In this document: positions 18,057-27,675 of the stretch, in pieces
How positions within the stretch are numbered: position 1 is the stretch's first letter
Layout of the letters: each line of letters opens with the position of its first letter
Assembly: GCA_963729605.1 (NCBI GenBank)
Contig: CAVSNY010000002.1
Location: 288,001 to 352,000, forward strand
From: an uncultured Gammaproteobacteria bacterium
GTDB taxonomy: Bacteria > Pseudomonadota > Gammaproteobacteria > DRLM01
DNA length: 64,000 nt
Reading direction: 5' to 3'
Program-made: the position numbers and the translations under genes
Notes under the pieces: model-generated
The model's database searches: none
What the model saw: only the letters and a program-made list of their open reading frames with translations
Told to the model about the DNA's origin: nothing

Positions 18057-19730
18057 ATGCGATATCTGGTTCCGCGTTGGTTTTTGGCCTTGAGTATTCA
18101 GTGGAAACTCCAGTTCGGCTTCTTTTTGGTGACGATGATCACCATCGTGGTCAATCGCTGGGAGGGCTACGGCGAACTTGAAAAGTTGATCGCGATCGCC
18201 CAGGCCAACGGCGCGTCGGCGGCGATGCTTGAACAGCTGGATCAACGCCTGAGCGCCTACGTCACCGCCTCGATTTGGCAATCGGGTGTCGAGTTCATCA
18301 TTTTATTTTTCGTGATCTCGCTGCTGGCCAAATTGTTTTCCAGACCCATCAAGAATCTTTGTCGTGCCCTGGAAGGCATCGAGAAAGGCGACCTGACCCA
18401 TGCGGTGGAGACGCGCTCGCTGGATGAGATCGGTATCCTCGAACACAGCTTCAATGCCATGTTGTCCAATCTCACGGATATCATCCGCAACATCGACGAC
18501 AACAGTAAGCAGATGGCGCAATCGGCGTATCAAGTGGCGACCATCTCCCACGAGATCGCCAAGGTCAGTAAAAACGAACACAGCCGTTCGGAGGAGGTGT
18601 CCTCCGCCACCGAGCAGATGCGGAATATTTCCGCCTCGGTGCAGCAACTCGCCGAGGAGGCCAACAGGCGTTCGGTCGAAACCGAGAAATGCGCGCGGAC
18701 CGGGATCAACACCGTGCATCGCAACATCAGCGAGATGGCGGTGACGGTAAGCGAAGTCGATCGCGCCGCGCACGAAATGGATCAGCTCAAGGGCGCCTCT
18801 CAGCAGATATTCAATATCCTCAGCACCATTCAGACCATCGCCGAACAGACCAATCTACTGGCATTGAACGCGGCGATAGAGGCGGCGCGTGCCGGCGAGG
18901 CCGGTCGCGGATTCGCGGTGGTGGCCGACGAGGTGCGTAGCCTGGCGGTGCGTACCACCGAGTCCACCGGCCAGATATCGAACATCATCGGCGACCTGAA
19001 TCACCGTGTCGAACGGGTGTCTTCCGCCATGGCCGGGGTGGTGGACCGGGTGAACGCCAGCCAGGAAATCGCCCGCGCCACGTCGCAGGCTATCGAAGGG
19101 GTGGTGCAGGAGATCGTTCAAACCGCGCAGGCCAATCAGAAAATTTCCAGTGTCAGCACCGAACAAATGGAGCAGTTTCAGTTGCTGCGTTCGAGTCTGG
19201 ATCGTCTGTTCGAAACCTTCAAGGAGAGTTCGACCAAGGTGGAGACTACCGCCACCATCGGCGATGATTTGTACAAGGTATCGGAAAGCTTGAGCAGCCT
19301 GCTTGCTCAATTCGTCTACGAACGCCACGAGACCATTGAAGCGGCCCAGCAGGAAAAGCGCCGCACGCCCCGCATCGAGCGCCATCTGCTGGTGCGGGTC
19401 GCTCAGCAGAATACGTTGCGTGAAAGCATTTGCAAGGATATGAGCATGACCGGCATGCAGTTGCGGTTGAAGGAGCGTCTGAAAGACGGCGTGCCGCTGC
19501 GGCTGGATATCTTCATGCCCTACGACAAGTTTAGCGAGTATGAAGGACAAAGGCCGCTGACGCTTAACGCGCGCATCGCCTGGCAACGGCAAGGGGATGG
19601 CGGTTGGTTGTGCGGAATGGAGTTCGAACGCATGAGCGAAGCGCAAACGCGGCGTCTTCAAGAATGTTTTCACTATTTCAATAAAAAAGCCGACTTCGAC
19701 GGCGCGCAGCGGACCCGCCGCGCCGGTTGA
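18057..19730 (+). CDS. Methyl-accepting chemotaxis protein with C-terminal PilZ domain
   Basis: Two TM helices, HAMP, IAEQTNLLALNAAIEAARAGEAGRGFAVVADEVR; PilZ motifs RRTPR and DMSMTG. Start is 18051 or 18057. Confidence 0.9.
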   Translation: MRYLVPRWFLALSIQWKLQFGFFLVTMITIVVNRWEGYGELEKLIAIAQANGASAAMLEQLDQRLSAYVTASIWQSGVEFIILFFVISLLAKLFSRPIKNLCRALEGIEKGDLTHAVETRSLDEIGILEHSFNAMLSNLTDIIRNIDDNSKQMAQSAYQVATISHEIAKVSKNEHSRSEEVSSATEQMRNISASVQQLAEEANRRSVETEKCARTGINTVHRNISEMAVTVSEVDRAAHEMDQLKGASQQIFNILSTIQTIAEQTNLLALNAAIEAARAGEAGRGFAVVADEVRSLAVRTTESTGQISNIIGDLNHRVERVSSAMAGVVDRVNASQEIARATSQAIEGVVQEIVQTAQANQKISSVSTEQMEQFQLLRSSLDRLFETFKESSTKVETTATIGDDLYKVSESLSSLLAQFVYERHETIEAAQQEKRRTPRIERHLLVRVAQQNTLRESICKDMSMTGMQLRLKERLKDGVPLRLDIFMPYDKFSEYEGQRPLTLNARIAWQRQGDGGWLCGMEFERMSEAQTRRLQECFHYFNKKADFDGAQRTRRAG

Positions 19731-19782
19731 GATGCCATCGTCCGCCGGCCGGCGGACGCCCCTGGATATCCCGCCCTGCTAC

Positions 19783-19929
19783 GGAAGTTTTGAATAATTC
19801 CATCCTGGAATTTTCATGGCACGGGCAGCAAACAGATGATCTTCGCTACCCTTCGTGTTCAATGGCAACCCGTTGAGCACGGCGGTACATTCATCTGCCG
19901 CAGGAACCCTGGAATAACGCAGCGGCTCC
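19783..19929 (-). mobile_element. MITE copy 3 (inverted, diverged)
   Basis: GGAAGTTTTGAATAATTCCATCCTGGAATTTTCA...GCAGCGGCTCC. Confidence 0.8.
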
Positions 19930-20093
19930 CCGCCGACGCACGACATCGGTGGCCGGGTTGACGGCGGTAACCGCTCGTAAAATTCACGGAGTATAATGGC
20001 CCAGTAATCGGTGTCCGCGGCGTAGTCCATGCCAGGCGGCGCCGAGACCGGCGGAATTACTGCGCCGCGGAAAAATTCAAAGAGGGGTGGCGC

Positions 20094-21296
20094 GTGAAAA
20101 TAGGAACGCCTTTGAGTCCGGGCGCGACGCGGGTGATGTTGCTCGGCGCCGGCGAACTGGGGAAGGAAGTGATCATCGCCTTGCAGCGGTTGGGGGTGGA
20201 GGTGATCGCGGTGGATCGTTATCCCAACGCGCCGGGGCATCAGGTGGCGCATCGCGCCCACGTCATCGACATGACCGATCCGCACGCGGTGCGGGCGGTG
20301 GTCGAGCGGGAGCGGCCGCATCTCATCGTGCCGGAGATCGAGGCCATCGCCACCGAGGCGCTGGCCGTCATCGAGCGCGATGGTTTGGCGGAAGTGATAC
20401 CCACCGCCCGCGCCGTGCAGCTGACCATGCACCGCGAAGGCATCCGCCGCCTGGCCGCGGAAGAGCTGGATTTGCGCACCTCGCGTTACGCCTTCGCCGA
20501 AAGTCTCATCGAATTGAAGTCGGCGATCGACGGCGCCATCGGTTATCCCTGCGTGGTCAAGCCGGTGATGTCCTCGTCGGGTAAGGGCCAGTCGGTGATC
20601 AACGATCGGCATGAAGTGGCGGCGGCCTGGGATTACGCCATGAACGCGGGCCGCGTCGCCAAGGGCCGGGTGATAGTCGAGGAGATGATCGAATTCGATT
20701 ACGAAGTCACTTTACTCACCGTGCGCGCGGTGGGCGACTCGGGCGCGGTGGAGACGTTTTTCTGCGAGCCGATCGGCCATGTGCAGGTCAAGGGCGATTA
20801 CGTGGAGAGCTGGCAGCCGCAATACATGAGCCCCAAGGCCCTGGCCAAGGCGCGGGAGATCGCCGGTAAAATCACCGCCAATCTGGGCGGCCGCGGCGTG
20901 TTCGGCGTGGAGTTGTTCGTGAAGGGCGACGAGGTGTGGTTCAGCGAAGTGAGTCCGCGGCCGCACGACACCGGCATGGTGACCATGGCCAGCCAGGTCT
21001 TCAACGAGTTTGAACTTCATGCGCGGGCGATCTTGGGTCTGCCGGTGTCCACCGCCTTGCTCGCGCCCGGCGCCAGCGCGGTGGTATACGGCCAGCTGGC
21101 GGAGACCGGCATCGCCTTCGAAGGCGTCGACGAGGCCTTGCGGATCGAAGGCGTGGATCTGCGTTTGTTCGGCAAGCCCGAATCCTTCGAACGGCGGCGG
21201 ATGGGCGTGGCGCTGGCGCGGGCGGATGACGTCACCCAGGCGCGGCAGCGGGCCAAGCAGGCGGCCGCCAAGATCCATCCGGTGAGCGGCGGCTGA
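20094..21296 (+). CDS. purT: Formate-dependent phosphoribosylglycinamide formyltransferase
   Basis: [34 protein letters not shown] and RRMGVALA motifs. Confidence 0.97.
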   Translation: MKIGTPLSPGATRVMLLGAGELGKEVIIALQRLGVEVIAVDRYPNAPGHQVAHRAHVIDMTDPHAVRAVVERERPHLIVPEIEAIATEALAVIERDGLAEVIPTARAVQLTMHREGIRRLAAEELDLRTSRYAFAESLIELKSAIDGAIGYPCVVKPVMSSSGKGQSVINDRHEVAAAWDYAMNAGRVAKGRVIVEEMIEFDYEVTLLTVRAVGDSGAVETFFCEPIGHVQVKGDYVESWQPQYMSPKALAKAREIAGKITANLGGRGVFGVELFVKGDEVWFSEVSPRPHDTGMVTMASQVFNEFELHARAILGLPVSTALLAPGASAVVYGQLAETGIAFEGVDEALRIEGVDLRLFGKPESFERRRMGVALARADDVTQARQRAKQAAAKIHPVSGG

Positions 21297-21326
21297 GGTC
21301 GTGGGGCCGCATGGGCGCGCCGTAGT

Positions 21327-22067
21327 ATGAAAACCGGACTCATCATCATCGGCGACGAAATCCTGTCGGGCAAGCGGCAAGACCGCCACGTCGCGCGGAC
21401 CATCGAGATGCTGCGCGAACGCGGCATGGAATTGAGCTGGTGCCGCATCGTGGGCGACGACCCGGCGCTGATCGTCGCCACCTTGCGCCAGACCATGGCG
21501 AGTCCCGACCTGGTGTTCAGTTGCGGCGGCATCGGCGCGACGCCCGACGATCACACCCGCGCCTGCGCGGCGCGCGCCGCCGGGGTGGCATTGGCGCGGC
21601 ATCCCGCGGCGGTGGCGGAAATGGAGGCGCGCTTCGGGCCGGGCCTCTCGCCCTCGCGTGAATTGTTGGCGTGTTTACCGGTGGGCAGTCAAATCATTCC
21701 CAATCCCTATAACCGGGTGCCGGGTTTCAGCGTGGCCCATCATCATTTCCTGCCGGGCTTTCCCGAGATGGCATGGCCGATGATGGCCTGGGTGCTGGAT
21801 GAACGGTATCCGCACCTGCATCGCGCCGCGCCGGACAGCGAGCGGATCCTGATCGTGCAGGCGCGCGAGGGGGAATTGCTGGCGATGATGGAGGACTTCG
21901 TCGCGCGTTATCCGGCCTGCCGTTTTTCGTCCCTGCCGGAGTTGGGGCGGGAGCCGGTACTGGAGCTGGGTGTGCGCGGCGCCGCCGCCGAGGTGGCGGC
22001 GGCGCTGGGTTATTGGCAGGAGGGTTTGACGGCGCGCAATATTGCCTGGCGGGAAAAGTCGCAATAG
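21327..22067 (+). CDS. CinA-like molybdopterin-binding domain protein
   Basis: IIIGDEILSGKRQD, GGIGATPDDHTR and LPGFPEMAWPM motifs. Confidence 0.88.
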   Translation: MKTGLIIIGDEILSGKRQDRHVARTIEMLRERGMELSWCRIVGDDPALIVATLRQTMASPDLVFSCGGIGATPDDHTRACAARAAGVALARHPAAVAEMEARFGPGLSPSRELLACLPVGSQIIPNPYNRVPGFSVAHHHFLPGFPEMAWPMMAWVLDERYPHLHRAAPDSERILIVQAREGELLAMMEDFVARYPACRFSSLPELGREPVLELGVRGAAAEVAAALGYWQEGLTARNIAWREKSQ

Positions 22068-22083
22068 GTGTTTACGGGAGGTG

Positions 22084-22425
22084 ATGATGAAAGTCCGGGA
22101 ATTGCTCGAAGGCTGGCAGGAGGCCGGCGCCGCTCGCTACGTGACTCAGGAGCTGTGCGCGCCCCTGCCTTTGCACGACCTCGCCCGTCTGATGGCCTTG
22201 GCGGAACTGTATCCGGGCCGCGACCAGGCGCAATTGCTGGCGGATTTGTTGTCCGCCGCCTTGGATGAATTGATGGCAGCCTTTCCCTACGTGCAGGGCG
22301 AGAAGGTGGTGGCGGAGGACGACCACGGCGATCCGCTTTACGAGGATGTCGGTTTGACGCCGCGCTTTCTGGCGCTGACCCAAAAATATTTGCAGGTGTT
22401 GGAGGCGGCGGCGGAGGGGAACTAG
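22084..22425 (+). CDS. Conserved hypothetical protein
   Basis: GGAGG RBS; sequence PYVQG..V...D.HGDPLYEDVGLTPRFL looks like a conserved gammaproteobacterial family. Confidence 0.75.
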   Translation: MMKVRELLEGWQEAGAARYVTQELCAPLPLHDLARLMALAELYPGRDQAQLLADLLSAALDELMAAFPYVQGEKVVAEDDHGDPLYEDVGLTPRFLALTQKYLQVLEAAAEGN

Positions 22426-22434
22426 TCTCGACGC

Positions 22435-23316
22435 TCAGGCCGCGAGCTGTTCCACCAGGGTGTCGAGTTCGGAAGAGATGGTGAAGAGTTTTTCCACCAT
22501 GGAGAGGACCCAGTTCTCATTCAAGCCCAAACTGGCGAGGACTTCTTTGGGCAGTTCGCCGTTATTGCCGTCGCCCAATTCGTGGCGCGCCAGGGCGCGG
22601 TCGGCGAGCAGGGCGAGTTTTGAATAGATGCAGTGGCGGCCGTCATAATCGGGATAATGATGTTCCCGCGCGGCGATGATGACCTCTTCGGGCAGATCCC
22701 AGGCCCGCATCAGCCACATACCCAATTGCTCATGACGCACGCCCAGCAGTTGTAATTCGATTTCGCGGGTCGAGTTGGCGTCGCTTTCGCTGAATAGATG
22801 ATTGAGCAAGCGGAATTCGTCCGGATGCAGATGATTGAGGGTCACGAAACCCAGGTTGTGCAGGAGACCGGCGAGATAGGTGAGCCCCGGCGGCGGGCGG
22901 ACGGCGGCGGGCATGGCGGCGCTGAATTCCTGCATCAGGGTTGCGCTGTACACCGCATGGCGCCAGAACGCCTCCCGCCCGAGCCGGCCATCCTCCGGCA
23001 TATTCAGGCGATTACCAGTGGCCAGGCCCAACGCCATGTGCAGGCCCATATCAAAACCGAGCACGAGGGTGATGGCCTTTTGCACGGACGTGACCCTGCC
23101 CCCATAGCCGAACAGCGACAGGCGGGCGTAGCGGACGATTTGCGCGGAGAGGCTCGGATCTTTTTCCACTACCGCGGCCAACTCTTGCGCGCCGGCCTGG
23201 GGGTCGTTGCGCAGACGCAGCAGGGCGCGGGCCGCTTCCGGCAGCGTCGGCAGATTGTCCAAGCGTTGGATGCGTTGCCGGATGGTCCGCGCGAACTCAT
23301 CTTTAGTGTGGGCCAT
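22435..23316 (-). CDS. HDOD domain protein
   Basis: LPTLP, DPSLSAQIVRYA, FWRHA, AGLLHNLG and W.LP..HH motifs. Confidence 0.9.
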   Translation of the reverse strand: MAHTKDEFARTIRQRIQRLDNLPTLPEAARALLRLRNDPQAGAQELAAVVEKDPSLSAQIVRYARLSLFGYGGRVTSVQKAITLVLGFDMGLHMALGLATGNRLNMPEDGRLGREAFWRHAVYSATLMQEFSAAMPAAVRPPPGLTYLAGLLHNLGFVTLNHLHPDEFRLLNHLFSESDANSTREIELQLLGVRHEQLGMWLMRAWDLPEEVIIAAREHHYPDYDGRHCIYSKLALLADRALARHELGDGNNGELPKEVLASLGLNENWVLSMVEKLFTISSELDTLVEQLAA

Positions 23317-23514
23317 GAGTTTTTCTCCCTCGAGCAAGGTCCTTAATATTCGTTCCGCCGTTACTGCGGGGTGCGGCCGCCTATTTATTCGTACCTGTCG
23401 GGCGTGAACCGCGCGTCCCGGCTTGATTTCGCCCGGTGTTTCTTCCCGGGCCTCCGTTGAGCACAAGCTCAAGTTCACGGCGTTTTTGCCGGACGGCTGA
23501 CAGCGATAAGCAGG

Positions 23515-23542
23515 GTATCGGATTATTGATTGAATCGCTTGA
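23515..23542 (-). promoter_or_regulatory. Possible sigma28-type promoter for the HDOD gene
   Basis: Minus strand TCAAG-N15-TCCGATAC; spacing is one base longer than consensus. Confidence 0.35.
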
Positions 23543-23656
23543 ATATATCTGTGAGCCGCGAGTTTAAATAATTTGAATGTGGCACGGCGCGCTGGTGCCG
23601 AGCGGCTTGCATCGCGGCATGGGTGCCGCGAACCGGCCGGGCCGCCGCGTGTCCCG

Positions 23657-24535
23657 CTAGTGCTGGGTGGTGGAGGCGTGTTCTATCACGTCCGTGCTGA
23701 AGATATGTTCTATGTCCACCGGGTCGAAATCGTAACGCTGGTTGCAGAACTCGCAATGGACGGTGACCGCGCCTTGTTCCGCCAGCAGGGGTTTGATCTC
23801 GCCGGGTCCGAGCAGGCGCAGGGTGTGCTCCACCCGCTCGCGCGAGCACGAACAACGAAAACTCACCGGGATGGGTTCGAACACCCGCACGTCTTCTTCG
23901 TGAAACAGGCGTTTGATGATCTCGCCGGCGGTGCAGCCGCTCAATTCATCGCCGGTGAGGGTGGCGCCGAGATGGGTCATCCGGTTCCAGGCGTCGCGAT
24001 CTTCGCTTTCGCTATCCGGCGCTTTTTGCAGCAGCAGGCCGGCGGCGTAATCCGCGCCCGCGCCGAGCCACAGGCGGGTGTCCAAATGTTCCGAACGGGT
24101 GAAATACGCTTGCAGCGTCTCGGCCACCGTGTCGCCCGCGGCGTCGACGATGGCTTGATAACGTTCGTCGCCCTGTTCCGGATTGAGGGTGATGACCAGC
24201 CGGCCTTGGCCGATTTGGCTGGCGAGCGCGCCGTACTCCACCGTGCCGTTCCAGCGCGCGGTGGCGCGCAGGCCGTAGTCGCTGCTGCATTCCACCACCA
24301 GCCATTCGATGGGCCCGCCGCCCTGCAATTGCAGGGACAGGGTGCCTCGATAACGCAGGGTGGCGTTGAGCAGCGCGGCGGCGGCCATCAGTTCACCGAT
24401 GCGGTCGCGCAGCGCCGGCGGATAGGTGTGGCGGCTGAGCACCGCCCGCCAACTGGCGCCGAGCTGAACGATGTGGCCGCGGATGCCGTGTTCTTCGAAT
24501 AAAAACGTTTGTAAGGTATCGGCGCTCGCGCTCAC
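23657..24535 (-). CDS. hslO: Hsp33 redox-regulated chaperone
   Basis: FRCSCSRER and CEFC zinc motifs, AAGLLLQ. Confidence 0.95.
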   Translation of the reverse strand: MSASADTLQTFLFEEHGIRGHIVQLGASWRAVLSRHTYPPALRDRIGELMAAAALLNATLRYRGTLSLQLQGGGPIEWLVVECSSDYGLRATARWNGTVEYGALASQIGQGRLVITLNPEQGDERYQAIVDAAGDTVAETLQAYFTRSEHLDTRLWLGAGADYAAGLLLQKAPDSESEDRDAWNRMTHLGATLTGDELSGCTAGEIIKRLFHEEDVRVFEPIPVSFRCSCSRERVEHTLRLLGPGEIKPLLAEQGAVTVHCEFCNQRYDFDPVDIEHIFSTDVIEHASTTQH

Positions 24536-24775
24536 GCGGGTTCCCGTCTGCTGTGAGTGATATCCATGAGGAAGCGCAGAATAACATGAGCGCCCGTGCC
24601 GCCGCGCCTGGTCCTAAAAACCGCGAATACCCGCCCCGGAGGGCATAGAGAATTGGGTTGGCGGCATTGGGCGAGTTCATCTGTTGGATGCCCCTCGACC
24701 GGGGCGCGGGACTTTGATTTTGTGGACCCCGTGGCCAACGGCTTTTCGGGGCGAGGGATGGCCCGGCCGCGTTGG

Positions 24776-26728
24776 TCAACCGTCCATCTTGGCGGGCTGG
24801 GCGGTCTGGATGGAGGGCATGCGGGTTTTCAAAGGAATGGGCGGGCGGCCGAGCCGGTGATCGTAAATGGCGGTGTAGGCGAATACCTGCTGCAAATAAT
24901 TGCGGGTCTCGTAAAAAGGCACGGTTTCCACCCAGATGTCGGCGGGAACGAGTTGGTCGGCGGCCGGCCGCCAACGCGCAACCCGCGCGCCGCCGGCATT
25001 GTAAGCGGCGGTGGCGAGTACGGCGTTGTCGTCGAAGCGGTCGAGGGTATGGCGCAGATAAGCGATGCCCAGGCGGATATTGGTGCCGGCGTCGAGCAAG
25101 GACTGTGTCCCGTTGAGTTTGACCTTGAGCGCGCGCGCCACCTCGTGCGCGGTGCGCGGCAGCAGTTGCATCAGACCGAGCGCGCCGGCCGAGGAGCGCG
25201 CGTCGGGCATGAAGGCGCTCTCCTGGCGGATGACGGCGAAGGCCCAGGCCGGATCGACGCGGCTGTCGCGCGCCGCGGCGAGCACCGCCTCTTGATGGAC
25301 GATGGGAAAGCGCAGCGGGAGGTCATCCTTGAAGGGCGTGGCCGCCAGGGTGAAGATGGCGCGATCATGCCAGCCCCAGCGTTCCGCGAGTTTGGCGGCG
25401 TGGCTCAATTGGGTGGCGTTCATGTTGCGGGTGGCGTAGGCCCATTCGCGGCGCGCCTCCGCCGTGCGGTCCAGCAAGAACAATTCGCGCGCCCGGCGGA
25501 TGTCCGGCAGCTTTTCCACGCTGGCCAGGCTGTCGTCGCCCACGGTGAGCGGCTGGGACTCCATGGCGTACGGCGCCTCGATCCGGTCGGCGGCGAGGAA
25601 GCCGTAATAGTTGCGGGTGCGCGCCAGGCTTTCATAGATGGCCTTCGCCTCCGGGTTGCCGGTGGCTTCCAGGGCGCGGGCTCGCCAATACAACCAACGC
25701 GGGTTTTGCCGCTCTTCCTGGTTGAGTTCGTCTATCCAAATCCGTGCCGCCTGCCAATCGCCGAGGCTGAGGGCGACCCGCACCCGCCATTCGCGGAGCG
25801 TGCCGTCGAGTTGTTGCGGATCGAGGGCCGCCAGCCGGTCCAACGCCTCGGGATTGCCGCGCAAGGCGTGGCCGAGGGCGAGGCGGCGTTCCACCGCCGC
25901 GCGTTCATCGGCGCTGAACGGGTACTGGGTTTTGACCGCTTCCCAGAGTGTGCCGCCGGCCGCCACGTCGCGCTGCGTCGCCCGTTGTACGGCGTATAAA
26001 ACGATGGCGCGCGCGCGTGGATGGCCCTTGTCCTGCGTGAGCTGGCGGAGGCCGGTGATTTGACTGGGATTGTTATACGCGCTGATCCAGGTATCGAACC
26101 AGGTCTGGTCGGCCTTGGGGAGTTGTTTCGCTAGGTAGCGGGCCAGCGGCAGCTCGCCCTTGTCCATGGCCAGCTCGATACGTTGCCAGATCAAGGCGGG
26201 TGTCAGCGCGCCGGTTTCGCGCCAGGCATCGAATAGCGGATCGCAGGCTTTCGGCTGGCCGCGGCCGGTCAGCCAGAGTTGTTCCACCCCCTCCAGCGCC
26301 GCCTCGCGCCGGCCGGTTTGGTAAAGCGCCTGGCGCTGGAAACAATGCAGCACGATGTCGCTGCCGGGGTGATAGTGGTTGAGAAAAAGATTCCACTGTT
26401 TTTCGCCGGCCAGGTAAGTGAGCCAATGTTGATGCAGCAGCGGGGCGAGCGGAGTTTTTTTAAACGTATCGAGAAAACGGTCCACCTCATTTTCGCGGGA
26501 GCTCGACGGATTGCGCAGCAGTTCAGCGTAGATCAGGTAAGGATAAAGCGGATAATCGCGCAATTCGGCGGCAAGGGTTTGAAAGCGCGGAATATCGTTC
26601 GCGGCCAGCGCACTCTCCGCCTCGACGAAACGGGCGCGTTGCCGCTCGATGTTATCGGGCTCGGCGGCGTGGTTCAGTTGCACGCCGAGACACAATGCCG
26701 CCGCGAGGCAGATATTTTTGGTAATCAT
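24776..26728 (-). CDS. slt: Soluble lytic murein transglycosylase
   Basis: YPLYPYL, RQESAF, GALGLMQL, AAYNAG and ETRNY motifs. Confidence 0.93.
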   Translation of the reverse strand: MITKNICLAAALCLGVQLNHAAEPDNIERQRARFVEAESALAANDIPRFQTLAAELRDYPLYPYLIYAELLRNPSSSRENEVDRFLDTFKKTPLAPLLHQHWLTYLAGEKQWNLFLNHYHPGSDIVLHCFQRQALYQTGRREAALEGVEQLWLTGRGQPKACDPLFDAWRETGALTPALIWQRIELAMDKGELPLARYLAKQLPKADQTWFDTWISAYNNPSQITGLRQLTQDKGHPRARAIVLYAVQRATQRDVAAGGTLWEAVKTQYPFSADERAAVERRLALGHALRGNPEALDRLAALDPQQLDGTLREWRVRVALSLGDWQAARIWIDELNQEERQNPRWLYWRARALEATGNPEAKAIYESLARTRNYYGFLAADRIEAPYAMESQPLTVGDDSLASVEKLPDIRRARELFLLDRTAEARREWAYATRNMNATQLSHAAKLAERWGWHDRAIFTLAATPFKDDLPLRFPIVHQEAVLAAARDSRVDPAWAFAVIRQESAFMPDARSSAGALGLMQLLPRTAHEVARALKVKLNGTQSLLDAGTNIRLGIAYLRHTLDRFDDNAVLATAAYNAGGARVARWRPAADQLVPADIWVETVPFYETRNYLQQVFAYTAIYDHRLGRPPIPLKTRMPSIQTAQPAKMDG

Positions 26729-26808
26729 GCCAACACCCGTCTCCCTATTACGCGCTCAGCAGCGAGCCTGGTCAGCTCGGTCGTGGCGGTGGTCGTGAAA
26801 CCGAAAAG

Positions 26809-26834
26809 ATCGCACCCCCCAATCGGGGTGCGAT
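26809..26834 (-). terminator. Probable terminator downstream of iscR
   Basis: atcgcacccc/ggggtgcgat 10-bp stem followed on the minus strand by CTTTT. Confidence 0.6.
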
Positions 26835-26850
26835 AGGGGGAGGTAACAGT

Positions 26851-27333
26851 TTAAGCGCTTTCCGGGCGGCGATGACGGGCCAGGCCGCGGCGGAAATGCA
26901 GGGTATCCTGCCTATGAATGACTTCTTTCACGCCGGGACGTTCCGCGAATTGCGCCAAGGTGATACCGTCGAGAAATTCGTAGATGCGCGAGCTGAGGTC
27001 GGACCACAGTTCGTGGGTGAGGCAGCGGTCGCCGTCGTCGCAGTTTTCCTTGCCGCTGCAACGGGTGACGTCCATTTTTTCATTGACGGCACCGATGATG
27101 TCCGCCACCGTGATTTGTTCCGCGGGTCGGGCCAAGCGGTAGCCGCCACGGGGTCCGCGGGTACCGGAGATGAGGCCTTTGCGCCTTAAGCGGGCGAAAA
27201 TCTGTTCCAGATATGAGAGGGAAATCCCCTGGCAAACCGAAATGTCGGCCAGGGTGACGGGTCCATATTTTTCGTGAATCGCCAAATCCATCATGGCTGT
27301 CACGGCGTAGCGGCCTTTGGTAGATAACTTCAT
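26851..27333 (-). CDS. iscR: IscR-like Rrf2 family Fe-S transcriptional regulator
   Basis: MKLSTKGRYAVTAMMDLA, SYLEQIF, and C-x5-C-x5-C-x2-H cluster ligands. Confidence 0.88.
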   Translation of the reverse strand: MKLSTKGRYAVTAMMDLAIHEKYGPVTLADISVCQGISLSYLEQIFARLRRKGLISGTRGPRGGYRLARPAEQITVADIIGAVNEKMDVTRCSGKENCDDGDRCLTHELWSDLSSRIYEFLDGITLAQFAERPGVKEVIHRQDTLHFRRGLARHRRPESA

Positions 27334-27366
27334 TTAGACACCTTCTGCTAAAGTTTGGACCGGTTC

Positions 27367-27429
27367 TTATTCCGACTTATTTGGTCAACAAAAAAATATA
27401 TACAATACCCCTCTCAGCAGGTCAACTAT
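27367..27429 (-). promoter_or_regulatory. Two type-1 IscR-like operators
   Basis: Minus strand ATAGTTGACCTGCTGAGAGGGGTAT (27405-27429) and TTGTTGACCAAATAAGTCGGAATAA (27367-27391) resemble ATASYYGACTRWWWYAGTCRRSTAT. Confidence 0.7.
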
Positions 27430-27442
27430 TAGGATTGTTAAT

Positions 27443-27464
27443 ATTTGTGACTTGACGCGCAAAT
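27443..27464. promoter_or_regulatory. CRP/FNR-family-like palindromic site
   Basis: ATTTGTGA-CTTGAC-GCGCAAAT resembles TGTGA-N6-TCACA. Confidence 0.35.
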
Positions 27465-27675
27465 GGCTGATTGTCTGATTGGCCTGCCCTTGGCAGGGGC
27501 CGTCCATCACGATTTACCGTCCGCTGCCCGCGAATGTTTGAATGCGCTAATCCATTAAGGTAAAAAGAAAACCCGGTTCTGGGGGGAATGATTTAGAACA
27601 TGGAAAGAAAAATGGCCGTTCGCTTTCCTTCATTGGGCGCCGCCGAATAATTGAATTAATTTTTAAGGAGTGCGT

